DNA of 64,000 nucleotides from Heteronotia binoei (lineage: Eukaryota). Positions 48,737 through 61,439 of the stretch are shown here, piece by piece. Position 1 is the stretch's first letter. Each line of letters opens with the position of its first letter. The position numbers and the translations under genes were made by a program. Location of the stretch: the NCBI RefSeq assembly GCF_032191835.1, contig NC_083224.1:32736001-32800000 (forward strand), given 5' to 3'. Below the pieces are notes generated by a model. That model had not been told where the DNA came from, made no database searches, and worked only from the letters and a program-made list of their open reading frames with translations.

Positions 48737-51197
48737 CCGCTGAAGCGGTGCCATGGTCGGACCACCTCGCCCTCAGGGCCCGTGTAGATATGCCACCCCA
48801 AACCTGTTTAGGCAACGAGCTTATTATGGCTCGCCCGCGGAGCCAGATGGACCCGGAATGGTTCCAAATGGTGCTGCGGGATCCCTGGCCCTCTGGCGAC
48901 TCTCTCAATGGCCTGGTTGAGACCTGGAATAGCCGGCTCTCTAGGGCCATAGAGGAGATCGCACCTCGACGCCCTCTATGACCTCGGACTAGGCTGGCCT
49001 CGTGGTACACCCCGGAGTTACACCAGCTGAAACAAGGCCTCAGACGGCTAGAGAGGCAATGGCGGTGTACCCGCGACAAAGCGACTAGAACATCTTATAG
49101 GAAGTTTATGAAGTCCTATGAGATGGCAGTCAAGACCGCAAAGAAAACATACTTTGCGGCTAAGATTGCGTCTGCAAATTCACGCCCGGCACAATTGTTT
49201 AGGATAATTCAGAATTTCACTACATTGCCACAGGGCAATCCAAACGTCAAGGAATTGGAGATAGGCTGTGAGGCTTTTGCAAAATTTTTTGCAGACAAGA
49301 TCCAGTCGCTCCGCCGTGACTGCCCTGCCAATTTAGATACAGTAAGTGAACTCGAGGCCCAATGCATGTCTTCTGATTTGACCCTGGACTGCTTCAACCC
49401 ACTCAGCTTGGAGGAAGTCGACAGAATCCTTGGCACTGCACGACCAACAACTTGCGATCTGGACCCATGCCCCTCCTGGCTAATTAAGGCCTGCCAGGAG
49501 GAGCTAAGATGTCCTATAAGGGGCATCATAAATAGATCTCTTTCAGAGGGCTCTTTTCCAACACTCCTGAAAGAGGCAGTGGTCCGCCCTCTCCTGAAAA
49601 AGGCTACATCAGACCCGGCCAAATTGGCTCATTACCGGCCGGTCTCAAACTTGCCCTTTCTGGGCAAAATTATAGAGAGGGCTGTGGCGGTGCAGTTACA
49701 GGATTTTCTGGATGACGCTTCCACCTTAGACCCATGCCAGTCCGGCTTCCGCCCGGGCCATGGGACGGAGACTGTCTTGGTCGCCCTCATGGATGACCTC
49801 CGGCGACATCTGGATCGAGGCGGCTCGGCGGTACTGCTGCTGCTAGACCTATCGGCTGCATTCGATATGGTCGATCATCAGCTGCTGACTCACCATCTTG
49901 CCGACGCAGGAATTTGGGGGCTAGCCTTACAGTGGCTCTCCTCCTTCCTTGAAGGTTGGGGACAAAGGGTGGCAATTGGAGGGGAACTGTCTCGGAGACA
50001 CCTACTTAATTGTGGGGTGCCTCAGGGGGCAGTTCTCTCCCCGATGTTGTTTAACATCTATATGCGCCCCCTTGCCCAGATTGTCCGGGAGTATGGGCTG
50101 GGTTGTCACCAGTACGCTGATGACACCCAGCTCTATCTATTGATGGACGGCCGGACTGGCGATGTCCCTATAAATCTGGACCGGGCGTTACAGGCCGTGG
50201 CTGGCTAGCTCAAGCTGAGTGGACTGAAGCTGAATCCAGCGAAGACTGAGGTCCTTTGCATAGGTCGCGGCAGGCCAGGAGGGGAGATCTCCCTACCAGC
50301 CTTTGACGGTGCGTCATTGATACCAGTGCGCAGGGTCAACAGCTTGGGAGTGCTACTGGAGCTTTCCTTGTCAATGGAAGCCCAGATAGCTGCCACTGCT
50401 AAATCCGCCTTTTTCCACCTTAGGAGGGCGAGGCAGTTGGCTCCCTTCTTGGAGCGTAGCGAACTGGCAACTGTGATCCACGCAACGGTCATTTCGAGGC
50501 TGGACTACTGTAATGCCCTCTACATGGGGCTGCCCTTATACCGAACCTGAAAACTGCAGTTAGTGCAGAACGCGGCAGCCAGGCTGTCAGTGGGACTACC
50601 TTGGTGGGAACATGTGCAGCCTAGGCTGCGGGAGCTGCACTGGCTGCCAGTTGTGTATCAAGTTCATTATAAGGTGCTGGTTATTACCTTTAAAGCCCTA
50701 TATGGCCGAGGACCTGCCTACCTTAGGGACTGCCTCTCCCCATATGTTCCCCAGAGAGCACTGAGATCTAGTTCCCAAAATCTTTTAAAAATCCCTGGAC
50801 CAAGGGAGGCTAGATTGAAAACAACGAGGGAGCAAACCTTCTCAACAATGGCCCCCTGATGGTGGAATCAACTCCCAGAGGAGGTGCGAGCCCTGCGGGA
50901 CCTGAATCAGTTTCGCAGGGCTTGCAAAACCGCCCTCTTTCAGCTCGCTTTTAAGATGGAACCCGGCTAAATTGATTTCTAGCCATCCTATACATGTTTC
51001 TGAATTGTAGCACCTTAATTAATAACTCATAATGGCTAACTGTTTTATCTAATTTTAACTTAATTTATAAATGTAATTCAACTGTATTTTAATCTGTTTT
51101 ATTGTAATGATTGTATTTATTGAAATCATGGTTATACCATGTCCTGTGAGCCGCCCTGAGCCTGCCTTTGGCAGGGGAGGGCGGGATACAAAAATAC

Positions 51198-51283
<86 letters not shown>
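48737..51283 (+). mobile_element. 5'-truncated L2-clade LINE with (TTA)n tail, inserted in a hAT MITE
   Basis: End of APE domain (VPWSDH), RT with QSGFRPGHGTET, LLDLSAAFD, GVPQG, YADDTQLY; single frame to TAA at 50970 with four nonsense codons; 3' UTR and tail. Confidence 0.92.
51200..51283. repeat. (TTA)~28 microsatellite (L2 tail)
   Basis: Seen directly. Confidence 0.95.
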
Positions 51284-51284
<1 letters not shown>

Positions 51285-53112
51285 AACCAGGAGCAAGGCT
51301 GTGACAAGCAGGATTGAACTCCAAAGGATGTTCTGGTTTTCATGTATAAACGGACTGTGTTCCATTTAAAAACCTTCCTTCCATTGGAAATAATGGAGGA
51401 GGGGCTCATAGAGTTGGACCTCCTACTCCTATCTTTTTTAAACTTGTGGGGTTCTTTGTCTGATTTACTGTAAGGATGACAACAAAACAATCAATGTGAA
51501 GTGCTCTGAACACTGAAAGGACTATATTAATGCTACACATTAGCATATCTTTCATTCTTGTTGAAGCCAAGCTTCTTCTCAAAACATTGCCTGTCACAAT
51601 ATAAATTAGTCTTAGATACAATGATATGTCCATACATATGCTATGAGTATCTGGGGCCAGTGCCTGTCCTGTCTTCAGCCACAGCAACTGCAGCAAGTCT
51701 GGGACTTCCTCAGAATTTCAAGACCTGAATAGGACACTCTCATCTCCCTCATACTGCAGACAGCCACAATCAAGTTGGCAAAAACACCCAGGGTGGAACC
51801 CTGGGCAGCAGGTAGCTGAAGTAGGGACGCCAGCTTTATAACTAGGCCAAGGACCAGAGAGGAAGCCCTGTATTGTCCAGATGAGGGTGATGCTCCAAGA
51901 ATGAGAAGATGGACTTGGGTGATACAATACCTTCCTCCCTTCCTATTCTAAGATCTGGGGAGACACCAGAAAGTGAAGCAGTGCAAAGGATGAAGGACCA
52001 ATAGGTGGTGTTGGTGAGGGAGGAACTTCACAATGAGAGTTATACCTGACCAGGGATTGTAAAGTAATTCTCCTACACCTGGACCACCAGTTATGCCATC
52101 TTCTGTCCCAATGAAGCTCCAAAAGGTAATGCAGCCATCATCAGATCCCAAGATCCCACTCATTGCAAGAAATGGTGTAAACAAAAAACGGATAATCACA
52201 CCCTCTACACTTTTCAACATCCTCTTCTCTATATTTGCACAGGTCTTTTTCTTTCTTTTTTTTGGAAACTGGTTGGGAGAGTAAGAGGGCAGAAGTCTAA
52301 ACAATAGTTATTTAAAAATTTATGGAACCTGGGTGGCTGGAAGCAGAAACAGCAGGGAAAACCTACTATCAATAAAATATTATTTTGAGTAACTCAGAAG
52401 TTTAACATTGAAACAGGAGGACAAAAAAGCCCTTTGATTATACAAACCCAAAATTGAAGCCCACAGTTCCTTGGAATTCACTCATTTCAATGGGATTTAT
52501 TTGCATGAAACTGGGCGTAGGATTTCAGACTTTGTTTTCTGGTATGCTCGGAGGTGTTTTCCCTTTGAGATTAATTGGAGTCACTGACATTTTAATTCAA
52601 TGTATTCTTTTGTCCATTAGCTAATGCAAAACATTATTATTCAAATGCATTGCAGTAATTAGCGCAATTATATATTTATTCCCTGCTAACAGCACAATGT
52701 TGGTATTGCGTTTCCACTCATGTGTTAGTTTGCTCAGCTCTACAGTAACGAAAGAGAACAGGAATGATTTTTAATTCCCTCCCCCACCGCTGTTTCAATC
52801 TGAAAAATCCCAGTCCAGTTTTGCTTCATTCTGGCACAAACAGAAGTTGTTTTTAAGTGATTTTTTTTACCTCCGTTTCCTTGCACCATTTCCCCCTATA
52901 AACATTTGCATTTCCTCATATGATCTGTGCATCATAAAGGAGCATTGCTCATTATTCGTATATTATATAAATGATATATAAATTGCGTATTAAAACATGC
53001 TTATAGGATGAAAGCAAAGTCACAAAACCAACAGAGAAAAACAGAGGACAGAAACTGCTGAAAACCCATATTTACAAACAAAAACAAACAAAGAAGGAAG
53101 GAACATGAGCTC

Positions 53113-53415
53113 AGACAGCCAGTTTGGTGTAGTGGTTAGGAGCAGCAGACTGTAGTCTGGAAAACTGGGTTTGACTTCCCAACTCCTCCACATGGAGCCA
53201 GCTGGCTGGCCTTGGGTCTGTCACAGTTCTTTCAGAGCTGTTTTATCAAGAGCAGTTTCTCTCAGAGCTCTCTCAGCCCCACCTACCTCAGGTGTCTGTT
53301 GTAGGGAGAGGAAGGGAAGGAGACTGTAAACTGCTCTGAGACTCTGAGTGAAGAGTGGGGCATAAATCCAACTCCTCCTCTTTGTCTTCAACTTCCTCCT
53401 CCTTTTCCTCTTCCT
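53113..53415 (+). mobile_element. Squam3-like SINE (older subfamily)
   Basis: agacagccagtttggtgtagtggttagg head; pyrimidine-rich tail. Confidence 0.75.
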
Positions 53416-54065
53416 CTTAGCTGATTTCGATTCACTGCTTCCCATGCAGGTTTGGGCTTGGGTCCTAAAATGTCACAAGTTGTGTTAGCCTCTGCAACAG
53501 AGATGCTCCCCCTCCTGCTAAAATGTCTATCTGAACAATATTTGTGTTTTTCAATGAAGTGTCAGCACATAACAGCAGAGAATATCTAGCCTACATGGAA
53601 CTCCCTCATAGGGTCCAAGCCTTCTTTCTAGGGCCAGCCCCTGACTATCTGGCACCCTAGGCAAGGCTAACTTCTGGCATCCTCCTGCACTGATAACATC
53701 ACCAAGTCACATGGGTGAGCATCCAATTTGGCGCCCCCAGAAGGCCAGCATCCTAGGCAATTGCCTAGTGGAAGAGCTGGCCCTGTTTCATTCTATAGCA
53801 GTGGTAAGTGCGCTGTTGGTAGTAAATAGACCACATTACTCAGTTGTTGTTAAGAATATGAGATGAGAAACTAAGAGTTCTTAGAGATGCTTCTGGAACT
53901 CTCCTTGTGTGCATTTTTCTTTTGGCAGTCCCAAATGTTCCCGAAATGGAAGCAATGCATTTTGGCATCCCATTTGTCACTCTCCACTGCTTGTTTCCCC
54001 CCAATCTTCCACAAAGCATTGTGTTTGCACAGTTTTGCTATAATTTTCATTTTTGAGGATGTGGG

Positions 54066-55050
54066 GTGGGTGCTTGGCTCAGTGGTAGAGCATCTATTTT
54101 GCATGCAGAAGGTCAAAAATTCAATCCCAGGGTTGTCTCAGTTTTTTTTTTTAAAGAACCTGGAGAGCTGCTGCTACTTAGAGCAGACACTCTAGGCTTC
54201 CCAATCTCCAGGTCCCAGCGGGGGATGATCCCCCATTTTTACAGGCTTCCCCCCGCCCCCAGCCAGCTGGCTGGTGGGGGAAGCCCCGCCCTCACAGTCA
54301 CTATGTACCTTTAGAGCTCCGGCAGGTTTAGAACCCTGCAAACAGGTCTGTTTTTAAAATGTTTGCCTTTAAAGCTGAGCAGGAAACGGAAAGCACTTCA
54401 TGGGAAAGGGTCAGTGACGGTTTCATCAGAGAACAGCCCCTCCCTTTGTTTTGCTTTCATTTTCAGAGCAAGTAAAGGTGTGCAGGAACCAGACCCAGTA
54501 AGTGTTTGTGTGTATGAGAGAGGGAGGGGGCAGGGGATTCCCTGGTTTGGAGGGGGAGGGAAATGTCTACTGGGCACTCTATTATTCCCTGTGGAGAATG
54601 ATTCCCATAGGAAACAATGGGAAATTAATCTGCAGGTATCGCGGGCCCTGGGGGGCTGTTTTTTGAAGTAGGGGCACCAATCTTTTAGTATAGCATCTAG
54701 TGCCTCTCCCCAAAATACTCCCCAGGTTTCAAAACGATTGGACCAGGGGGTCCAATTTTATGAGCCCCAAAAGAAGGTGCCCCTATCCTTCATTATTTCC
54801 TATGGAAGGAAGGCATTTAAAAAGGTGTGCTGTCCCTTTAAATGTGATGGCCAGAACTCCCTTGGAGTTCAATTATGCTTGTCACACCCTTGTTCCTGGC
54901 TCCACCCCCAATGTCTCCTGACTCCACTCCGCAAATCTCCGGACCACCCTCAAAGTTCCCAGATATTTCTTGAATTGGACTTGGCAACCCTACTAGTGAC
55001 CTTGGTAGGCCAAGGGTCTGATTCAGTATATGGTGTTTATGTGGCTGTTT
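54066..55050 (+). mobile_element. tRNA(Ala/TGC)-headed SINE split by a TAGGG-family hAT element (about 54193-54992)
   Basis: ggctcagtggtagagcatct..ttgcatgcagaaggtc head; the body resumes after the insert as gacc..ggccaagggtctgattcagtata. Confidence 0.55.
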
Positions 55051-55061
55051 GTGGTCTTTCT

Positions 55062-55330
55062 ATGCCAGTTTGGTGTAGTGGTTAAGTGTGCAGACTCTTA
55101 TCTGGGAGAACCGGGTTTGATTCTCCACTCCTCCACTTGCACCTGCTAGCATGGCCTTGGGTCAGCCATAGCTCTGGCAGAGGTTGTCCTTGAAAGGGCA
55201 GCTGCTGTGAGAGCCCTCTCCAGCCCCATTCACCTCACAGGGTGCCTGTTGTGGGGGAGGGAGATAAAGAAGATTGTGAGCCGCTCTGAGTGGAGGGTGG
55301 AATCTAAATCCATTTTCTTCCTCTTCTTCT
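55062..55330 (+). mobile_element. Squam3-like SINE
   Basis: ccagtttggtgtagtggttaagtgtgcagactc...(ttc)n. Confidence 0.8.
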
Positions 55331-55773
55331 TCCTCTGCATTGCCAATGCACGTGTGTATTATGATAAAAGGAAGATGCTTGATGATACGAGAATAGATTC
55401 TTTTCTGTATCTTTTCCCTGTGTGCAGGAATATATCATTTAAACACCACATGCAAAGAATCTTGATTCAGTTATCAGGGTTGTTTCTTGCAGACTTTTAT
55501 CAATTCCTGTATAGGCTGATAATGTAGAATGGAAGGGAAAATGCAAAGCAGCTGCCAGGAGCGAAAGCTCTGTCAAACTAAGCATGTTCCATGCAGAATT
55601 ATTTTGCATGTGTTTGTGTTTTAAAATCCTGGTTCAACCAGGACTCAAGTGAATCGAACTAGAACATGTGAGTGAAATGATCAAGAAATTAAGCCAAGGG
55701 AATTCTCCCAGCTCCTACTAGTTTTACAGGGGTTAGGAAAATGATGGTTGAAGTAATATTTCTGTACTTGCTT

Positions 55774-56270
55774 CATAGAATTATAGAGTTGGTAGGGACC
55801 TCCAGGGTCATCTAGTCCAATCCCCTGCACAATGCAGGAAACTCACATACACCTTCCTCTAAATTCACAGGATCAGCATTGCTGTCAGATGGCCATCTAG
55901 CCTCTGTTTAAAAACCTCCAAGGAAGGAGAGCCCACCACTTCTTGAGAAAGCCTGTTCCACCGAGGAACCACTTTTACGGTCAGGAAGTTCTTCTTAATG
56001 TTGAGGCAGAAACTCTTGATTTAATTTCAACCTGTTGGTTCTGGTCCTACCTTCTGGGGCCACAGAAAACAATTCCACATCTTCCTCTATATGACAGCCC
56101 TTCAAGTACTTGAAGATGGTGATCATATCACCTCTCAGCCACCTCCTCTCCAGGCTAAACATACCCAGCTCCCCAACCTTTCTTCATAGGACTTGGTCTC
56201 CAGTCCCATCCCCATCTTCATCGCCCTCCTTTGGACCCATTCCAGCATGTCTATATCCTTCTTAAAATGA
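55774..56270 (-). mobile_element. CR1 3' fragment (uninterrupted relative of 30351-36450)
   Basis: catagaattatagagttggtagggacc start; colinear with the split copy. Confidence 0.85.
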
Positions 56271-56589
56271 TGTCAACAAAGACTGTAATGTCTTTAGGAC
56301 ACCTCTAATGCCTATCTACATTTTTTTGGGAAGTCTTAGAGGCCCTGCCCATTTTACCATTTTGGGTGCTGTCATGCAGTGACATCCCTGTTTGGGGGAG
56401 GGGTTTCCCTAACAGGCAGCTGGTTTGAGGCAGAAAGGCATCACCAAAACTAGGGGATCCCATGCTGGGATCTGGGGGCTGCCAATCTTAAATGCGGCAT
56501 TGGAGGAGAGTTTTACAGATACCAAAGGCCACCAAAACCCCCAAATAATTGGGTTCTAGATCAGATCTAGAATTCGCTAAGCTGATGAA

Positions 56590-57380
56590 GAAAACAGTTG
56601 CAAGGTTGAAAAGAAAGTAAAATATTGGAGAATTACGTTGTCAAATATGAATTGCATGTAATTCCATAAGAACTATTTAAGACTTGGAAAGAAAAAAAAA
56701 AGATTTATTAAGATGGAGAAAATTGCAATTGTCATTGCTGGTGAGCATATTTGTAATTAAGATGAATATTTTATTTAGAATGTTATTTCTGTTTCAGACA
56801 ACACCAGTTTTAATATCTGATGTACCTTTTAAACAATGGCAGAAGGATATATCAAGATTTGTGTGGCAAGGGAAAAACATGGGTTCAATATAAAATGTTC
56901 CAAGAAAGAGGTGGTTTGGAGTTACTTGATTTGAAAGTATGCTTGGCTGCCTGTTGTTCAGTATGACTGAAAGAAAGTTACCAGCATTAGAAGGACACAA
57001 TTTAAGATTCGGATGGCATGCTTACGATGAAGCTTACAGAGACATCCAAACTTACTTCTTTGATTAGAGAAAAGACATCATCTAAATTTATTGCTATCTG
57101 GAATCCCCTTATAGAGTTTTTGAGCGAAATGGGAAAAAAAAAATTGAACTGATGATTTGTGCTTTTGAAGATAAAGAGGCAAGAAAATGATTACAGTGAA
57201 AGGAGATTTTTTTTCTTATTGTAACTTTAGAGCAAGTATGTAACATGTAAGTGTGTGTATATCTGTCACAGAGAAAATTGGAAGTTATTCCTTTCTATTT
57301 CTTCATAAGTGTAATAATTCTGTTTTTCTTTTCTCCTTCTTTATCTTTCATTCAAAATCCTTAATAAAATTTATTTTAAA
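56590..57380 (+). mobile_element. L1-clade ORF2 fragment and 3' end, old
   Basis: IKMNILFRMLFLFQTTPV...WQKDISRFVWQGK, homologous to the 9358-11357 L1. Confidence 0.7.
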
Positions 57381-57387
57381 AAAATAG

Positions 57388-57700
57388 ATCAGATGAAGCC
57401 TGAACTCTCCCTAGCAGCTCAAATGAGTAAAGTGTGGCTGTCATACTTTGAGCATGTTATGAGGAGACAAGAGTCACTGGAAGAGACAATCATACTAAGA
57501 AGAGACAATCATACTAAGAAAGGTTGGAGGCAGCAGGAAAAGGGGAAGACCCAACATGAGATGGATGGATTCACTCAAGGAAGTCACAGCCCACAGTTTT
57601 TCAAGACCCGAGAAGAGCTATTAATTATAGGACATCATGGAGGATATTAATTCAAAGGGTGACTGTAAGTTGGATGCGCCCTGATGGCACATACACTCAG
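57388..57700 (+). mobile_element. BovB-type RTE LINE 3' fragment
   Basis: KPELSLAAQMSKVWLSYFEHVMRRQESLEETII resembles the BovB RT C-terminus; internal duplication gagacaatcatactaagaa x2. Confidence 0.7.
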
Positions 57701-57738
57701 CTTTGTTATGGTTTTCTCTTCCAATGTCTTTAATGACA

Positions 57739-57984
57739 CTTCACCGCGCAGCGTCTGCACGGTTTTCGCACTAATTGCTCCGGAGCACCTGGAAGAGCCG
57801 CAAAGTCCCACGGCTTTTGCGTCGCAAATGTAAACCGGTTTTTGGCGGTTTACATTTGCGCCACAAAAGCCGCGGGACTTTGCGGCTCTTCCAGGTGCTC
57901 CGGAGCAATTCGTGCGAAAACCGTGCAGACGCTGCGCGGTGAAGAGGGACGTCGCTCCAGCTTAAGGTAAGTGCGAAAACGCCC
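57739..57984. mobile_element. Palindromic Harbinger-like MITE, left end lost
   Basis: Near-perfect inverted arms; central segment shared with 35677-35942; right TIR gtgcgaaaacgccc. Confidence 0.75.
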
Positions 57985-58074
57985 ACAGTTATGGTTTTTT
58001 TTCAGGTGTGTTGCTGTTATTGCTGTAAACACTTGTGAATCATACAGATGGCAAGAGAAGGGCAAGAGAAGGAC

Positions 58075-58250
58075 ACTAGAAGCCCTTCTACTGCGGGGGG
58101 GGGGGGGGCAACAGTGAGAGGGCTTCTAGTCTCCTGGCCCCACTGATGTACCTCCTGATGATTCCTGGGTTTTTTGGCCACTGTGTGGCAGAGTGTTGGA
58201 CTGGATGGGCAATTGGCCTGATCCAACATGGCTTCTCTTATGTTCTTATA
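58075..58250 (+). mobile_element. CR1 3' UTR fragment
   Basis: ggactggatgggcaattggcctgatccaacatggcttctcttatgttctta. Confidence 0.7.
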
Positions 58251-60039
58251 TTTGAAATAAATAAATAAAATATGGATGGTACCATGAAAGCAAAGGATCT
58301 GTGGCATGTTCCCCCTCATCTTGCCTGCCACAAGGGATCAGGCATTAGCATACCAGTTCTGTTGCGGTGCTTGTGCATTGTCATAAGTGTTTCTGATTCT
58401 TCAAGCCATCGCATGAGTCATGAAACCCCTCTGTAGAAGTCAGAACCGGGGAGCCTGCATTGCTTCTTGCATTTCCTGATGATGAAAAGCCTATTGTGAT
58501 AAGAGGGTTGAAGAGGGAGAGAAAGACTTTGCAAATACTGGTGTGAATGAAGCTTAATAATTTGATTTGCTGCCGTTCCTATTGCCTTGTTTACCCACAG
58601 TTCAGCGGGCACGCTGTCGTTCAGCGAGTTCCTTGGGGAAAAAAAATTAAAAGGCAAATAGATTATGAACAGGAATGCAAATGGAGAGGATTAGTTGTGC
58701 TGTTGTTCTTGCCCAACTCTGTCCAACAGCTCTGAGAATTGCTTAATAATTCACAAACACAAATAAGCAAGAACGGTTTCTTACACTCATCCAAGCAGGA
58801 AACCCTTTCCCCTCTTTGATCTATCCAGATACTCTCTTTAAAAAAAAAAAAAACCTGCAAAGTTTATCCTACAGGCTTCCAGTAGTTAACAAGATGCCTG
58901 TAAACTCAACAGTCCAACTGATAGGCTTTTTCTCCCCCCCACCCCCCCTCGCCGACAATCACTATGTAATCCACAAACCACAGTTAACAAAGCCACCATG
59001 TGTGGTCGCTACTGACTCTCTTCTTTAGTGTTTCCTGTAGAACCTGATGAAGGGGGAATCTCTCGTCCTGAGCTGCTTCTTCCAAAGCTCAGCAGGGGTA
59101 CATGCAGAAGGCCATCTTGGCTCCTCTAATTGGAGCAGAACTCTTTGTATTGCCTGGGGTTGTGGAGCTGGCAAAAGCATTTGCTGGGCGCAAAGTTCAG
59201 CGGCACAATATGAGAGACTTCATGCTGAGCAGGGGAAAGGAGTTTCTTCAGTTGTGCAGGTATTCGGAGCATGCAAAGGGGCTTCCTCTTGCTTGAAAGC
59301 ACAACCGCAGCAACGAGGGATGAGCAGCTCTCCCCACTTGGGTTCCTGTCTCATTTTGGAAGTGCAGCGTGTGTCGTGTTCCAGTGGTCCTTAATTCTGA
59401 TTGCATTATGAAAAGCACAGTGTTAAAATTAATCCCCATACTGGACAATGTGCTATTTACTGCAGGATTTGGGGTTTTTTTTAATTACTTTCATGGCATA
59501 TGTTGTGTACTGGACTGAAGTGAAGATTGTTTTAGGAGTTCCTGCCTGGCTCATTGGAGACATAGGAACGGAGCTTGGGGACTCAGGGACAATGGGCAGC
59601 AGGATCCAAATCCCTGCTGCCCTGCACCAATCAGAGCCCCCCAGCTGGTTTGAATGGCCCAATAACGTGCTTGTGGGGGAACCCAGTGCTGTATATAGTT
59701 GGCCCTGTTGGCCCAGTTCTCCAGTCTTTGTAGTGCAGCCACCTAGCATGCTGTATCTAATAAAGAGCTTGTTATCACTACCACCTCACCTCTTCAATAC
59801 ATAGAACCCAGTATATTATAGCATAGTTACAGGGGGGGGAGGGGGGGGGGCTAGAATATTCATTCTGTTTTGAGTACATTGCGTGGTTGATCTCCAGAGA
59901 TTTAATTTATTTGAATTCTCTTTCTTCTGTAAATTTGTTATCTTTGCCATGGTGAATAAATCTTTAAAATGATAACATCCATTCATTTCTATTTGGTGCT
60001 GATTCTTCCCTCCTCATGCCTAGCAAAAACAAGGAGGAG

Positions 60040-60247
60040 AGTTGATTTATACCCCAACTTTCACACAGAGTCTCAGAGCAGTTTACAGTTTCCTTCCTTT
60101 TCTCTCCCCACAGCAGTCAACCTGTAAGGTGAGTGGGATTGAGAGAGCTCTGAGAGAACTGATCTTGAAAGAACGGCTCTGAGAGAACTGGGACTGACCC
60201 AAGCTTATCTAGCTGGCTGCATGTGGAAGAATGGGGAATCAAACCCA
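60040..60247 (-). mobile_element. Squam3-like SINE, 5'-truncated
   Basis: Reverse complement of body and tail. Confidence 0.65.
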
Positions 60248-61138
60248 GAATCAAAAAGAGCTGCCAGGATCACATTAAAAACAAAGACTTTCAGGTTATT
60301 AGGAACCTCTTCAACATAATTAAGCAAACAGAATTCTGGGATCAAAGGCAATGCAGACACGCTACCTGCTGAAATTATTTCTGCTATCATTTGACGGTAT
60401 CTAACATCCTTTGGACAATTCCACCACACTTGGAGGAAATAAACTTTCATAGACTTATAGTGCCAACATTTCCTGTCATTTGTATGATATGTTTTTGCTC
60501 TTTTATTGGATCATAAATTCCATTTAATAGCCATTTTCATTAAATGTACGACAAATAGCTCAAGTCATGTATCTTTTAAATATGAATCTCCATACTGATG
60601 GATTGAATTCATATTTTAAGCCTTTAGACCATTTCACCATGTATTTTTTAACAGGTTTGCTATGCTATTTATTCAGTAAGTATAAGTCACAGAGATGAGA
60701 TAATAATGTCTTATCAACAACATTTCTAACTGCCGTTTTGGTTCCTTAATTTAATTTGCTTCTTTCCTCCCCTCTGATAAGTGTGACTGATGAGTGACTG
60801 ATAAGTGTTGCATTCTGTTTCCCTCAATGAGACAGGCCTGTGTAGTTGCCTTCATTGCTGCTATGGCTGCAAGTACAGCACCATGACAACAGGGCTAACA
60901 CATGGTGCATTTCCTCAGTTTCCCAATGCCCTGGTAGCAGCCAACCCCCCCGCCCCCTTCTGGCACCAGCAGGGGGCTTTTTCAGTTTTATTTTTAAATG
61001 ACAGTCAAATAATGTTATATCAGATTCAGATTTATTATGGTACATAACCAATAAAAAGCAATTTAAAAATCCAATCCATTCAAATCCGCTGTACAAAGTA
61101 GTCAAACATTTAGGCATGGTTGTTACAGTAGCTTAAAT

Positions 61139-61349
61139 CTCTCGGCTTGACTTCGCGAACAAAGATTTAAGAAGGGTGCAGTAGTCCATGTCTGCTGCAG
61201 GCTCGCTGGTGGCTGACAAGACCAATGTGGGACAGGCAGATCCGGCCACAGTGGCTGCAGGGAAAAGTCTGATTTGGGGTTGGTGCTGTAGCAGTGCGAT
61301 TCTTCCTCAATCTCCTTTTGTCCTCAAGACCAGGACAAAAGACCAAGAC
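61139..61349 (-). mobile_element. RTE-clade LINE 3' end with 24-bp TSD
   Basis: EDKRRLRKNR...FPCSHCGRICLSHIGLVSHQRAC C-terminal Zn finger; catggttgttacagtagcttaaat at 61115-61138 and 61350-61373. Confidence 0.85.
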
Positions 61350-61439
61350 CATGGTTGTTACAGTAGCTTAAATAACGTTATACGAAGTAAATATTCTAGC
61401 TTGATATTCTAACTCGTGGACACTCAATGAAATTGTGGG

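Noticed and set aside
51055-51365. Poly-Asn/Leu/Ile ORFs
   Set aside because: Translations of the (TTA)n tail of the L2.
54066-54140. tRNA-Ala(TGC) gene
   Set aside because: Acceptor and T stems are broken and it continues into a SINE body.
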